Positions 9,901 through 18,677 of a stretch of DNA of 32,000 nucleotides are shown one piece after another. Both the position numbers and the translations under genes were made by a program. Location of the stretch: positions 1,453,584 to 1,485,583 of the forward strand of contig NZ_JACOQK010000001.1 in assembly GCF_014297275.1 (NCBI RefSeq). The letters run 5' to 3'. Every line of letters starts with the position of its first letter. Position 1 is the first letter of the stretch. Origin of the DNA: Clostridium facile (GTDB taxonomy: Bacteria; Bacillota; Clostridia; Oscillospirales; Ruminococcaceae). The notes under the pieces were generated by a model. It was not told the origin of the DNA and ran no database searches. It saw nothing but the letters and a program-made list of their open reading frames with translations.

Positions 9901-10207
9901 CTACATTCATAAAGTAAAGGATAATCAGGACATCTACTTTATCGCAAATTCCAGTGATACTGCTATGAATATAACCGTTTCACTGCGTGGAGAAATGGAA
10001 CAGCCAATGCTGTGGGACCCCATGACAGGAACAAAACAAGCAGCAACCTTTACAGTAGAAAATGGTATTACAAAAGTTCAATTGAGCTTAACTGGAATAC
10101 AATCTATGTTTATTGTAGATGAAACCCAACCGGTGGTAGAAGAAACAGATAAATCGATATTACAGACAGTCATTCAGTATGCGGAAAACGCAAAAAAAAA
10201 CGGATGA
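6977..10207 (+). CDS. Secreted GH106-like/TIM-barrel glycoside hydrolase with two internal F5/8 type C (CBM32-like) modules. Frame ends at an A9 run.
   Basis: Signal peptide MKKRVKFMSLLLAGCLCLQCTGMVSFA. RPLWFWNTELDEMTPEKVRELVRESYQQSGYNGFGI and VRAFIDITYEEYYSRFQKYF...SAFYDEPTFWPW resemble this glycosidase superfamily. Two discoidin signatures (GYEASKAVDGELSTRWNAES, GYEADKAFDGDMTTRWNAAA). Start at ATG 6977 is preferred over 6923 because an AAGGAG lies upstream. Confidence 0.8.
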   Translation: MKKRVKFMSLLLAGCLCLQCTGMVSFAKSETSGNQLWFDFQTPPDSSKTRPLWFWNTELDEMTPEKVRELVRESYQQSGYNGFGILPNWISQYLSDNYFELYEAALDEGSKYGMQFSLYDENGFPSYNAGGLLEENYPELTTKRLDKFEQDASNGEKVYLSLPEGKLMGAVAMNMDTMERIDISDQATIVDPPPFSPDTQPLGVSASSTYSVTSGYEASKAVDGELSTRWNAESLSGGGEYLQINFGEEKTFDSVKVYEDKLEELHRTKDYSIQYWDIAENRWKTVATGTKITDQGATHSFEPVTAQLVRLYIRNITQDSASISEFQIFNGNQQLEVPPTPLVPEKAGYSASSVYEIEAGYEADKAFDGDMTTRWNAAARGTAPQWLEISFGEVRNVNKAVLYEDLDRITSFHLQYWNGDSWVDCATGSTIGSAGLTLNFDSVQTTKMRLLMDGLNGMSPTIWEIELYDGNTKIQINEDQQQPESSHLEYTVPDGSWKVMAFMCVKDGNNGMDYLDADSVRAFIDITYEEYYSRFQKYFENGTITSAFYDEPTFWPWPGTTPYGAEGARLWTPEYNKAYEETFNGESPVLNYPALWYEIGKDTDEARNKLQYVRTELFAENYIGQIADWCDDHGIDLMGHMLLEEWVNPVGLHGDLMKVFKDQQIPGVDVIGSYGYTQEAYKIISSSANNWDKGVVMSESFGAMGENMDKNILHKSSMDQYAKGVNMIIPHAIWYDNINHVDAPPELSYRNERYREELPIYNNYMGRLNTMLQDGRHVADIAMLYPIDYLESSFIFNGDANNPSDADYMRVGETLSLTARRDFTYLHPDIIDERCSVDGDTFHLENETNYEDYKVFVIPGTKVISLSNLEKIKDFYDNGGKVIATTQLPYRGIEDSENEQVISIIKEMFQVDPVTGQSLASSTGEYTKNTNAAGGTAYFIQTGFETKLQTVLDDALPTYDVEIDQVPAISGGNLSYIHKVKDNQDIYFIANSSDTAMNITVSLRGEMEQPMLWDPMTGTKQAATFTVENGITKVQLSLTGIQSMFIVDETQPVVEETDKSILQTVIQYAENAKKNG

Positions 10208-11123
10208 ATATACCAATGCAATCCCATCTGTCAAAGATAGTTTTGACAAGGCTTTGACCGATGCGAAAGCAATCAATGATAATGATTCCGCAACCCAGGA
10301 ACAAATAGACACAGCATGGAGAACATTATTGAATGAAATCCATAAACTAGGATTTCAAGTAGGTGATAAAACAAAACTGCAAGCACTGTATGATGAAATG
10401 AGCAAAGTAGACCTAGACGATTACAAAGATGGTGTATCCAAAGAGAATTTTGTAAAAGCATTAGAACAGGCAGCAACAGTGTTGGCAGACCCAAATACAA
10501 TGCAAAAAGAAATTGACAAAGCATACGACGAACTGGAAACAGCATATAGCCTGTTAGAAAAGGCAGCAGATAAAAGACAACTAAAAGCATTAATCGAAGC
10601 GACAAAAGAATATCAACAAGAAGAATATACAGAAAATACCTGGGGAATCTATGCAGAAGCGAAAGCAAAAGCAGAAGAAGTCTATAACAATGTAGACGCA
10701 ACGCAAGAAGAAATCAATGAAGCAGCAGATAACCTGCTAGCAGGAATGCTACAATTGAGATTCAAAGCGGACAGCTTATTAGAGGAAGTAGTGGAAGAAG
10801 CAAAAGGAATCGATTTAAGCCAATATACAGTAGAAAGCGCAGCAACCTTCCAAGTACTGTTAGCAGAAGCCCAGGAAATGTTAAACAACAATGACCTAAG
10901 TAAAGAAGATGAAGGGACAATTAATGCAAAAGCAATGGAACTGAAGGCGGCACAAAGCAAACTGGAACCAATAAGGACAGCAGGAAGTGAAGCGACCCAA
11001 ACCGTACAAGAAAGCGCAACACCAAAAGCAGATGCAGCGAAAACAGGGGATGTTGTTTCAATCACAGGATTAGGACTATTGATATCAGGAATCAGTTTAC
11101 TCATTTTACGCAAGAAAAAATAG
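10179..11123 (+). CDS. FIVAR-repeat and C-terminal surface-anchor tail, probably the 3' part of the upstream glycosidase in a shifted frame
   Basis: Deleting one A from the A9 run gives continuous ...LQTVIQYAENAKKTDEYTNAIPSVKDSFDKALTDAKAINDNDSATQEQIDTAWRTLLNEIHKLGF. Further FIVAR-like repeats follow, then TGDVVSITGLGLLISGISLLILRKKK. Confidence 0.8.
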   Translation: MRKTQKKTDEYTNAIPSVKDSFDKALTDAKAINDNDSATQEQIDTAWRTLLNEIHKLGFQVGDKTKLQALYDEMSKVDLDDYKDGVSKENFVKALEQAATVLADPNTMQKEIDKAYDELETAYSLLEKAADKRQLKALIEATKEYQQEEYTENTWGIYAEAKAKAEEVYNNVDATQEEINEAADNLLAGMLQLRFKADSLLEEVVEEAKGIDLSQYTVESAATFQVLLAEAQEMLNNNDLSKEDEGTINAKAMELKAAQSKLEPIRTAGSEATQTVQESATPKADAAKTGDVVSITGLGLLISGISLLILRKKK

Positions 11124-11216
11124 CTATAAAATGATTTTATGAAACCATATTTCCAATATTTCTATTGAAATGTTTCCATCATCTAATGCACATTTTAAGC
11201 AAAAATAAGGTATACA

Positions 11217-11248
11217 AAAACGCACCTGATAAAACAGGTGCGTTTTTT
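11217..11248 (+). terminator. Rho-independent terminator, likely shared by the convergent genes
   Basis: AAAACGCACCTG-ataaaa-CAGGTGCGTTTTTT. The minus strand also has a T-run. Confidence 0.9.
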
Positions 11249-11428
11249 ACTGTTTTTATAAAATCTTCTGATCGCCATACAAGTAGGAAGAAATCGACTT
11301 CTAATCATTTTATTAAAAATATAGTCAAAATTAGTATCCATTAGATGTAGAAAAAATTTTTTATCCATTGAAATAGGTTATTGCCATGGTAAAAGAAATT
11401 TTCTATTGTAAAAAGGAGCCAATTAGAA

Positions 11429-12667
11429 CTACGATTCCGCTTTATTTTTACGGATGATTGTGCCAGTCTGTAATACTCCCTGATAGGGGATTTTAAATTT
11501 CATCATTGCATGGCAGGCGGAATCTACCAATTGGTTTTCTTCATCAAAAATCTGACTGATTACCATCTCAAAAGGTTTTTTGCCCGGCTCCAATACCTCT
11601 ACGGTATCCCCAGCCAAAAATTTATTTCTTTGGGTGCAATACGCAAATTCACCATCTGTACGGTCCACAATTGCCACAACATCAAAATTTCTCAAATAGC
11701 CACCATTTTCATAATACTGTCCATCTTCAGGACGGCCAAGCAAAAATCCTGTGTTATATCTGCGATGGCTCACTTTGCAAACCTCATCCAACAGCCAAGG
11801 TTCCAACTGGAAATGTTCTGGATCCCGCTGATATTGATCCAAGGCAATCCGATAAGCATTGGTAATAACTGAAACATAATAAGAGGATTTTGCCCTTCCT
11901 TCAATTTTTAAACTAGTAACACCAGCTTGTGCCAACTGGTCAATATATTCAATCAAACAAAGATCTTTGGCATTTAAAATATAGCTCCCTTTTTCATCCT
12001 CAAAAATCGGAAAATACTGGCCTGGGCGTTTTTCTTCTACTAAATGGTATCCCCAACGGCAAGGCTGGGCGCATTCTCCCCGGTTAGCGTCCCTGTCAAC
12101 TAGATAATGAGACAACAAACAACGGCCAGAAAAAGACATGCACATAGCGCCATGTACAAAAACCTCAATTTCCAAATCAGAAGGTGTTTTTTCTCGAATG
12201 GTACGGATATCGTCAATACTTAATTCACGGGCTAAAACAACACGTTTTGCTCCCATACGATACAGCTCATTGGCAGTACGGTAATTAACAATCCCTGTCT
12301 GCGTAGACATATGAACTTCAACTTCTGGTGCATACTCTCTTGCCGCCGCAAAAACCCCCATATCCGCAATAATAAAAGCGTCCACACCAGCATCCCGGGC
12401 ATTTTTCAAAAACTCCGGCAGCTGGTCTGCTTCCTCATTTGTGGGAACTGTATTACAAGTTAAATAGACCCGTACACCATGTTCATGGGCATAATCTACT
12501 GCTTTTTTTAACATGGGAAAATCAAACTTTGCGGATACCGCACGCATGCCAAATTGGGATCCTCCAAGATATACTTCATCCGCACCAAAACGGATTGCTG
12601 CAACCAAACGTTCAAAATCCCCCGCTGGAGACAATAGTTTTGGAAATGATTGATTTTGATTGTTCAA
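11429..12667 (-). CDS. Peptidase U32 family protein (collagenase-like/RlhA-type)
   Basis: KLLSPAGDFERLVAAIRFGADEVYLGG, SGRCLLSHYLVDRDANRGECAQPCRW and LKIEGRAKSSYYV. TTG start at 12667 behind AAGGGGG is more credible than the longest-ORF start at 12745. Confidence 0.92.
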   Translation of the reverse strand: MNNQNQSFPKLLSPAGDFERLVAAIRFGADEVYLGGSQFGMRAVSAKFDFPMLKKAVDYAHEHGVRVYLTCNTVPTNEEADQLPEFLKNARDAGVDAFIIADMGVFAAAREYAPEVEVHMSTQTGIVNYRTANELYRMGAKRVVLARELSIDDIRTIREKTPSDLEIEVFVHGAMCMSFSGRCLLSHYLVDRDANRGECAQPCRWGYHLVEEKRPGQYFPIFEDEKGSYILNAKDLCLIEYIDQLAQAGVTSLKIEGRAKSSYYVSVITNAYRIALDQYQRDPEHFQLEPWLLDEVCKVSHRRYNTGFLLGRPEDGQYYENGGYLRNFDVVAIVDRTDGEFAYCTQRNKFLAGDTVEVLEPGKKPFEMVISQIFDEENQLVDSACHAMMKFKIPYQGVLQTGTIIRKNKAES

Positions 12668-12681
12668 AAACGAAATCCCCC

Positions 12682-13938
12682 TTATATTAAACCGGCTTTT
12701 TTCAGGTTTTGATTGTGTTCTTCTAATGTTTTTGCATAAAAACATTCTTTTGTTTCAATATTAGCACAGAAATAATAATAATCTGTAGTTGCAGGATGTA
12801 AGACAGCCTGGATGGCATCAATTCCCGGATTACAAATTGCCCCTGGGGGTAAACCAGGTGTAACGTAGGTATCATACGCCTCCGCAATAGCATCCGATGT
12901 TCCTTCTGATTTTAAATTCCCTGAAATTTCCTTCGCATAACTTTTAGTAGGATCACATTCCAATTTCGGGTATTGGTCAGAATTATGGATACGGTTCATT
13001 AGAACAGATGCTATTTTTGGCATATCCTCTATACTTCCAGCCTCAGCCTGGACAATAGAAGCCAATGTAATCACTTCATCCAAACTAAATTCGGAGGATT
13101 TAATCTGTTCATAAAGGTTTGCTTCTTGCATATGTTCATCAAATGCCTGTAAAAACTTACGCGCAACAGATTCTGCATCCTCATTTTTAAAGAAATTATA
13201 GGTATTTGGAAAAGCATATCCTTCCATCACATGATATTTAGAATCATTCTTTTCCTCTGTGAGCATATCCTGATAGGCAAAGTCAAACGAATTCTCCTCT
13301 AAAGCCCGCAAGAACTGGTCTCCATCACAAACGCCGTTCGTTTCTAATAAACGCACAATTTCATCCAAGGTAGAACCCTCTGGAAAAGTAATTTTTATCA
13401 CATTCGGATTTTCTGATGGCACCATATTCAATTCTTCAATAATCGCGTCATAGTCCCATTTTGCGCTAAAACTATGGACTCCCGCCTGAAATCCAGAACC
13501 TTCTCCACGCATTTTTACTACAAAGCGGAATAACCATGGTTGATCAATGATACCTTCCTCTTTTAGTAATTTGGAAATTTGCGCAGTAGTAGCACCGGAA
13601 GGAATTTCAATATCTGCTGATATCGCTGGTTTACTCAAGGCAAATACATCGTTAAAACCTGTTAAAATGGTGAATGCAAGCCCAATAGAAATGATAATAA
13701 TTATTCCGGCTACTAAAAATCCTGTCCACTTTTTTCCTTTTTTCTTCTTTTTCACTGATTTACGGCTTGGCTGTTCTATTGAGTTTTTTTCTTCCTTTTC
13801 TGCTAAAAACTCTTTATCAGAAGTACTGCTAAAAATCACTGTATCATCTTGTATATCTGAAGCAGACACTGTCGAAATTTCCTGTTCTTTTACTGGTTCT
13901 TCCGTTATTTTTTGTTGATCCTTTTCCTGTTCTGACAT
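12682..13938 (-). CDS. mltG: Endolytic transglycosylase MltG
   Basis: Single N-terminal TM helix followed by LASIVQAEAG...MPKIASVLMNRI, YNTYVTPGLPPGAICNPG-type motif, YYYFCAN. Confidence 0.93.
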   Translation of the reverse strand: MSEQEKDQQKITEEPVKEQEISTVSASDIQDDTVIFSSTSDKEFLAEKEEKNSIEQPSRKSVKKKKKGKKWTGFLVAGIIIIISIGLAFTILTGFNDVFALSKPAISADIEIPSGATTAQISKLLKEEGIIDQPWLFRFVVKMRGEGSGFQAGVHSFSAKWDYDAIIEELNMVPSENPNVIKITFPEGSTLDEIVRLLETNGVCDGDQFLRALEENSFDFAYQDMLTEEKNDSKYHVMEGYAFPNTYNFFKNEDAESVARKFLQAFDEHMQEANLYEQIKSSEFSLDEVITLASIVQAEAGSIEDMPKIASVLMNRIHNSDQYPKLECDPTKSYAKEISGNLKSEGTSDAIAEAYDTYVTPGLPPGAICNPGIDAIQAVLHPATTDYYYFCANIETKECFYAKTLEEHNQNLKKAGLI

Positions 13939-13948
13939 GGATTCCCTC

Positions 13949-14545
13949 CTATTTATTACTACTTTTTTCTAGGTGCTTCTTAAATTTTTCTGTTACCAGC
14001 CATTGTACTGCCCTATCATATTTTCCATGAGGCAAAGATGGGTGTAAACAGCTGGAATAACAAATTCCAACTGTAGTTCCATCATACTGGTTTAAAAACC
14101 GGTCATAATATCCTTTTCCATACCCTAAACGGAAGCCGGATAAATCAAAAGACAAACCAGGAACAATACAAAACGAATTCGGAAATTGGTTTAAAATATA
14201 ACAATTTTGTTTTGGCTCTAATACAGAAAATGTTCTAGGTTCTAAATCCTCCATGGATTGTATTTCACAAAAATCCATCAATCGGGTTCCATCAATACAA
14301 CGAGGCACAACCACTCGTTTGCCTGTACTCCAAGCATGTGCCATCAACTGATGAGTATCCACCTCTATTTCAGTGGAAACAAACGTAATCAACATATCCG
14401 CCTGTTGATATTGCTTTAATGAAATGACCCTTTCAAAAATATCATTATCCTTTTTTTGTTTCATCTGTGGGTCCATGGTCCGCCGGATTTGTTTATATTT
14501 TTGGCGGAGCTCCTGTTTTATTGGGCGAATATCCTGTTTTACCAT
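13949..14545 (-). CDS. 5-formyltetrahydrofolate cyclo-ligase
   Basis: IVPGLSFDLSGFRLGYGKGYYDRFL signature. Confidence 0.93.
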   Translation of the reverse strand: MVKQDIRPIKQELRQKYKQIRRTMDPQMKQKKDNDIFERVISLKQYQQADMLITFVSTEIEVDTHQLMAHAWSTGKRVVVPRCIDGTRLMDFCEIQSMEDLEPRTFSVLEPKQNCYILNQFPNSFCIVPGLSFDLSGFRLGYGKGYYDRFLNQYDGTTVGICYSSCLHPSLPHGKYDRAVQWLVTEKFKKHLEKSSNK

Positions 14546-15075
14546 TGTACCTGTTGAGCCAGAATTTCGGCTTTCTCCTTACCCAAAAGCTGTTCTACTA
14601 AAGCAAAACTAAATTGTTGAGCGGCCCCAGCCCCACGGGAAGTAATAATCGTACCGTCCACACAGACTGGTTGATTTTGGTAGTTCGCTCCGATTAAATC
14701 CGGTTCAAATCCTGGAAAACAGGTTGCTTTTTTTCCTTGCAACAAACCCTTATGTCCCAAAATACTTGGAGCTGCACAGATTGCACCAATTATGTGATGG
14801 TTTGCTGTACAAACATCAATTGCCTGTTGGACAATCTGGTTTTTCTCTAAATTTAAAGTACCTGGCATACCACCTGGCAGTACAATCATTTCAATCTGGT
14901 CAAAATTCACTTGATCTGGAGTAATATCCGTATGTACCATAATCCCGTGAGATCCGGTCACAATCTGCCCCGTCACCCCAACAGAGCATACTTCAACTCC
15001 AGCACGGCGGAGATAATCCAATGGAGTTAACGCTTCCACTTCCTCAAAACCTTCTGCTAAAAATAAGTATACCAT
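14539..15075 (-). CDS. DJ-1/PfpI family protein
   Basis: MVYLFLAEGFEEVEALTPLDYLRRAG, IVLPGGMPG, GAICAAPSILG. Confidence 0.92.
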   Translation of the reverse strand: MVYLFLAEGFEEVEALTPLDYLRRAGVEVCSVGVTGQIVTGSHGIMVHTDITPDQVNFDQIEMIVLPGGMPGTLNLEKNQIVQQAIDVCTANHHIIGAICAAPSILGHKGLLQGKKATCFPGFEPDLIGANYQNQPVCVDGTIITSRGAGAAQQFSFALVEQLLGKEKAEILAQQVQW

Positions 15076-15088
15076 GATAAACTCCTCC

Positions 15089-15910
15089 TTAATCTAACAT
15101 TGTATTCATATAAAACTTTGTCCAATCAATATCACAAGGCCGTAAAATGCGTGCCAAACCATAAAGCCTTGTATTTCCTGGAAAAGACACTTCTGCCTTT
15201 TTTACATCCGCAAACTCACAAATGGCAGACAGGTCATTTTCTAAGCTTTCCTCCTGGGAGGAAATTTCCTGTACCCACAACTTCCTTTTTTCTTTATAAT
15301 ACACAGCATAAGAGCTGGTTGTTTCAGTTTCAATTTTGGTAACAAATCCGCCCGCAATCTTTACCTGTTGATAGATTAAAGCAATCATCTCCGGACTATG
15401 TTCCAAATAACTGGAATGGTTACGTTCATATTCTAATTTCATCTGAACAAATTCTTGTTCTGATAAAGGGGATAAAATAGAAGCTGTGCTTTTTGCTGGG
15501 TATTCTTTTTGTCCAATCAGGATTGGTGTTGTAAAATCCTGTTTTTCATAGAAATCTACCAAGCTTTTTGTCTGGGGAATTAACAGTGAAGCGACTTTTC
15601 CTTCTCTTGCCGCAAAATCACAGGCATACTCAATCAAACTGTGCATATACCTACGCCCCTGATATTCTGGCAAAGTGGAAGCAGCATAAATATAAAAAGC
15701 TGGATATCGGTTACCATTGGAAACTAAAGTAATATCAATCATATCCAACATCGAAGAAACGGTTCCATCCGATTCCCGCATAATTAAAGTTTTGGCAACT
15801 TCCCCGCGATGTTCGTAATAAGATTGGATATAGCTATCTGGGTCGCTAAAACATGCCATCCAGATTGCCTGTAACGCTGGAATATCTTGTTTGGTTGCAA
15901 ATTCAATCAT
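15089..15910 (-). CDS. GNAT family N-acetyltransferase
   Basis: IEFATKQDIPALQAIW...YIYAASTLPEYQGRRYMHSLIEYACDFA, an Eis/GNAT-like acetyl-CoA loop. Start placed at MIEFATKQ (15910). Confidence 0.82.
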   Translation of the reverse strand: MIEFATKQDIPALQAIWMACFSDPDSYIQSYYEHRGEVAKTLIMRESDGTVSSMLDMIDITLVSNGNRYPAFYIYAASTLPEYQGRRYMHSLIEYACDFAAREGKVASLLIPQTKSLVDFYEKQDFTTPILIGQKEYPAKSTASILSPLSEQEFVQMKLEYERNHSSYLEHSPEMIALIYQQVKIAGGFVTKIETETTSSYAVYYKEKRKLWVQEISSQEESLENDLSAICEFADVKKAEVSFPGNTRLYGLARILRPCDIDWTKFYMNTMLD

Positions 15911-15917
15911 TCTGTTC

Positions 15918-16814
15918 TCACCTAACTGCAACTGCATTGCATTTTTCTTCTAATAATGCTGGATAATAAGAGAGCTTTGCTTTGCGCAATCCTTCCGCAC
16001 CAGTATCATCTTCACGGTTGATATATTGATAATCTTGACAAGTATTTTTTACAAATTGTTGGTTGATGATTGGATAAGCTCCCTGAATCTCAGACATCGC
16101 TTTTTCAATATGGACCACAAAGGTATCAGAATTTAAAGGTTCCCCCATACAATAGGCAATCACTTCTCCGTCCACACGGATTAATCCACCTTTTAATCCT
16201 AGTGCATCAAAGTGCCGAAATGCCTGCGCAACAGCACATTGCTCGCTTAATTTTTCATCATCCATTAAGCAGTCATTCACAGCACACCAACGTTTGTTCA
16301 TCTGTCGGCATTCTTCTTTATTTTCCGGTGTAATTGGTTCATATGACCATCTACCCTCATTATTTTCCAAAAAACGGTTAATATGATTCCGCTTAGAATG
16401 AAGTTTTTTTCCAGAAAGAGTAGTTAATTTCTCGGTGAAATAAATATAATCAAAATAATCCCTAGTTTCGGTAAACTCAAATTTTCCTGGGAATTCCTGT
16501 TCCAGCTGTTCCTGTGCCTGTTTGTTGACACTGTGAAGATAAAACGGCTGCCCCAACTGGACTGAATATTCTTCCATTGCTTGGATTACCGGCCGTAACT
16601 CCCCTTTACCTGGCGGAAATAAAAAGCTGATTTTTCCGTCTACCATTGACCCAACAATTAATCTATCCCCGACGCGGGCGATTCTGGTTTTATAAATAAA
16701 TTTCCATAAAAACATGGTGGAAAAACTATACTCACATCCGCGGAAATCCGAATAAGAAAGTAATTCATCCACCCAAGGTTTGTCCGTTAACTCAATCTCT
16801 TTTAATTCCAACAT
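15918..16814 (-). CDS. DUF2156 / phosphatidylglycerol lysyltransferase C-terminal-like (GNAT-fold) protein
   Basis: KLSGKKLHSKRNHINRF and NREDDTGAEGLRKAKLSYYP match the conserved pattern of this family. Start at MLELKEIEL (16814) with a TAAGGG RBS. Confidence 0.82.
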   Translation of the reverse strand: MLELKEIELTDKPWVDELLSYSDFRGCEYSFSTMFLWKFIYKTRIARVGDRLIVGSMVDGKISFLFPPGKGELRPVIQAMEEYSVQLGQPFYLHSVNKQAQEQLEQEFPGKFEFTETRDYFDYIYFTEKLTTLSGKKLHSKRNHINRFLENNEGRWSYEPITPENKEECRQMNKRWCAVNDCLMDDEKLSEQCAVAQAFRHFDALGLKGGLIRVDGEVIAYCMGEPLNSDTFVVHIEKAMSEIQGAYPIINQQFVKNTCQDYQYINREDDTGAEGLRKAKLSYYPALLEEKCNAVAVR

Positions 16815-16821
16815 AATACCC

Positions 16822-17484
16822 TTACTTTCCAATGATTCTTTTGATTTGCTCCGAAATAGTTTCAATTGTATAGGGTTGTTGGCTATCGCTACAAGGAATC
16901 ACCGTCCAACCCAATTTTTCTGCTGCGTACAAAGCCGCTTTCCGGCAGTTTAATAAATAATTCAGATTGCTTTCATGAATATCTTTTTTCGAGTTATCCC
17001 CTTGATAACGGGCGCTCAATAATTTCTGGGATACATCCGGATGCATATCCAAATATAGGATTTGGTCCGGACGTGGAAGCCCCAATTTATCATATTCATA
17101 ATCCTGCAACCAATCCAAAAAAGAGTCCCAATCTTTTTCCTGCAATTTTACCATCTGATGGATTGCATTGGAACTGACATAGCGGTCACACAAAATTAAT
17201 GTTCCCCTTTGATAATCTTTTCCCCAGTCAGTCAAATAGCTGATATACCGGTCTGACGCATAAAATCCAGCAGCACCATAGGCGTTGATATCCTCTGGAT
17301 TGTTAGAAATTTCTCCATTCAGGTACATTTTTACCAATTCGGATGACCTACTGTTATAATCAGGAAATGTAACCTTCCGCACTGGAATTCCTTTGGATTG
17401 AAAATACTCTGCTAACAATGCTGTTTGAGTAGCTTTTCCACTACCATCCAAGCCATCAATTACGATTAAGTGTCGTTCTGGCAT
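16822..17484 (-). CDS. tmk: Thymidylate kinase
   Basis: LIVIDGLDGSGKATQTALLAEYF P-loop and LILCDRYVSSNAIHQ. Confidence 0.9.
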   Translation of the reverse strand: MPERHLIVIDGLDGSGKATQTALLAEYFQSKGIPVRKVTFPDYNSRSSELVKMYLNGEISNNPEDINAYGAAGFYASDRYISYLTDWGKDYQRGTLILCDRYVSSNAIHQMVKLQEKDWDSFLDWLQDYEYDKLGLPRPDQILYLDMHPDVSQKLLSARYQGDNSKKDIHESNLNYLLNCRKAALYAAEKLGWTVIPCSDSQQPYTIETISEQIKRIIGK

Positions 17485-17720
17485 TACTTATCTTGCTCCT
17501 CTTTTTGTGCTTGTTTCAATTTTTCTGGAGTAACATCATTTCCCTGTTCGTCCACCACTTTAATTCCCATCAACTGTTGTTTAAAACTTGCACGGAACAT
17601 TTTTAAATATTCCTGGCGCAGTTCATTCCGCTCCACCAGTTCCGCAGGGGTTAAATCTCGCTCTTTCGCAGTCCTTGCCAATTCATTAATTCGGTTTAAA
17701 ATCTCTTGATACCGTTCCAT
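17484..17720 (-). CDS. DUF896 (YnzC-like) domain protein
   Basis: ILNRINELARTAKERDLTPAELVERNELRQEYLKMFRASFKQQL...VVDEQGNDVTPEKL. Confidence 0.92.
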   Translation of the reverse strand: MERYQEILNRINELARTAKERDLTPAELVERNELRQEYLKMFRASFKQQLMGIKVVDEQGNDVTPEKLKQAQKEEQDK

Positions 17721-17721
17721 A

Positions 17722-18501
17722 TTATTCTTCCCCGCTTTCCTGCTTTAATTGTTCAAAATAGGCCTTTACTTCTGCCATTTTTCCACAGGACATTTTTCCT
17801 TCTGGACATTTTCCAGTTAAGCAGGATGGTCCTGCATTCCGGAACAATGCTGGGGCAACCTGATAAACCAACCGCAGCATTTCATTGGCAACCGCACGGA
17901 TTTCCCACTGAGCACGATTGCAGCAACGATGATGGAAAAAATTCATCAAACTACGAGCATTCATGGTTAAAATCATTTTGGTATCACAGGCGTTGGGTAG
18001 AACAAAACGGGCGTCTTCAATCGCTTTTTTTTCTGCTTTGGAACGAGCCTGTTTTTCTGTGCATCCTTGTTCTAAAAATTCCTGGTAATGCTTTTGCGCT
18101 AAAAGATCAGCCAAGGCATGATAGTTCTCCATATCCTGTTCCATTGCTTTTATAAAAATCTCTTTTGCCTTTGGATCAGCCTCAATTTCAGGAGGTGTTA
18201 CATATTCAAATTGATTTTCTTTTACATAGCGTTGGCTTTGCACACTGTAAGATGCTAAACGGTGACGAGTAACCTGCGCCAAAAATGCACGAGATACCCC
18301 TTCGATTCCAAAGGTAAAGCTGACATGTTCAATAGGGCTCTCATGCCCCATGCTAGATAGCATGTCCACAAAATCCCTGGCTTTTTCTTCGGTTAACCCG
18401 TCATAAACCTGATCAATCCCAATGGGACTATAACAGAGTTTTGCAGCACAAGCTACAGTTTTTTCTGGGTTTGGTGTATAAGAAATCAACTGGACCTTCA
18501 T
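17722..18501 (-). CDS. thyX: FAD-dependent thymidylate synthase ThyX
   Basis: [40 protein letters not shown] contains the ThyX RHR motif. [19 protein letters not shown]. Confidence 0.95.
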   Translation of the reverse strand: MKVQLISYTPNPEKTVACAAKLCYSPIGIDQVYDGLTEEKARDFVDMLSSMGHESPIEHVSFTFGIEGVSRAFLAQVTRHRLASYSVQSQRYVKENQFEYVTPPEIEADPKAKEIFIKAMEQDMENYHALADLLAQKHYQEFLEQGCTEKQARSKAEKKAIEDARFVLPNACDTKMILTMNARSLMNFFHHRCCNRAQWEIRAVANEMLRLVYQVAPALFRNAGPSCLTGKCPEGKMSCGKMAEVKAYFEQLKQESGEE

Positions 18502-18577
18502 GTAAAACGAACCCCCTATATTGTACTATCTCCATTGATTGTGGCACGAAATTGTATAATATGCCAATTGTTCTTTT

Positions 18578-18607
18578 ATTATAGCAAATTATATCAATAA
18601 AATCAAA
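18578..18607 (-). promoter_or_regulatory. Predicted sigma-A promoter for the thyX-led gene run
   Basis: Minus strand reads TTGATT, 18 nt spacer, TATAAT, located between the upstream terminator and the thyX start. Confidence 0.5.
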
Positions 18608-18621
18608 TATACAGAGATAAA

Positions 18622-18667
18622 AAACAGGCGGTTCCCTCTGGTATAAAACCAGAAGTTTACCGCCTGA
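18622..18667 (-). terminator. Rho-independent terminator of the Cys-rich hypothetical gene
   Basis: Minus strand reads CAGGCGGTaaacttCTGGTtttatACCAGagggaACCGCCTG followed by TTTTTT. Confidence 0.85.
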
Positions 18668-18677
18668 GTTGATGGAA

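Noticed and set aside
10273-11113. Two minus-strand ORFs of 142 and 143 aa opposite the FIVAR tail
   Set aside because: They mirror the low-complexity Lys/Glu/Ala-rich FIVAR coding sequence. Leu/Val-rich translation is the expected antisense artefact.
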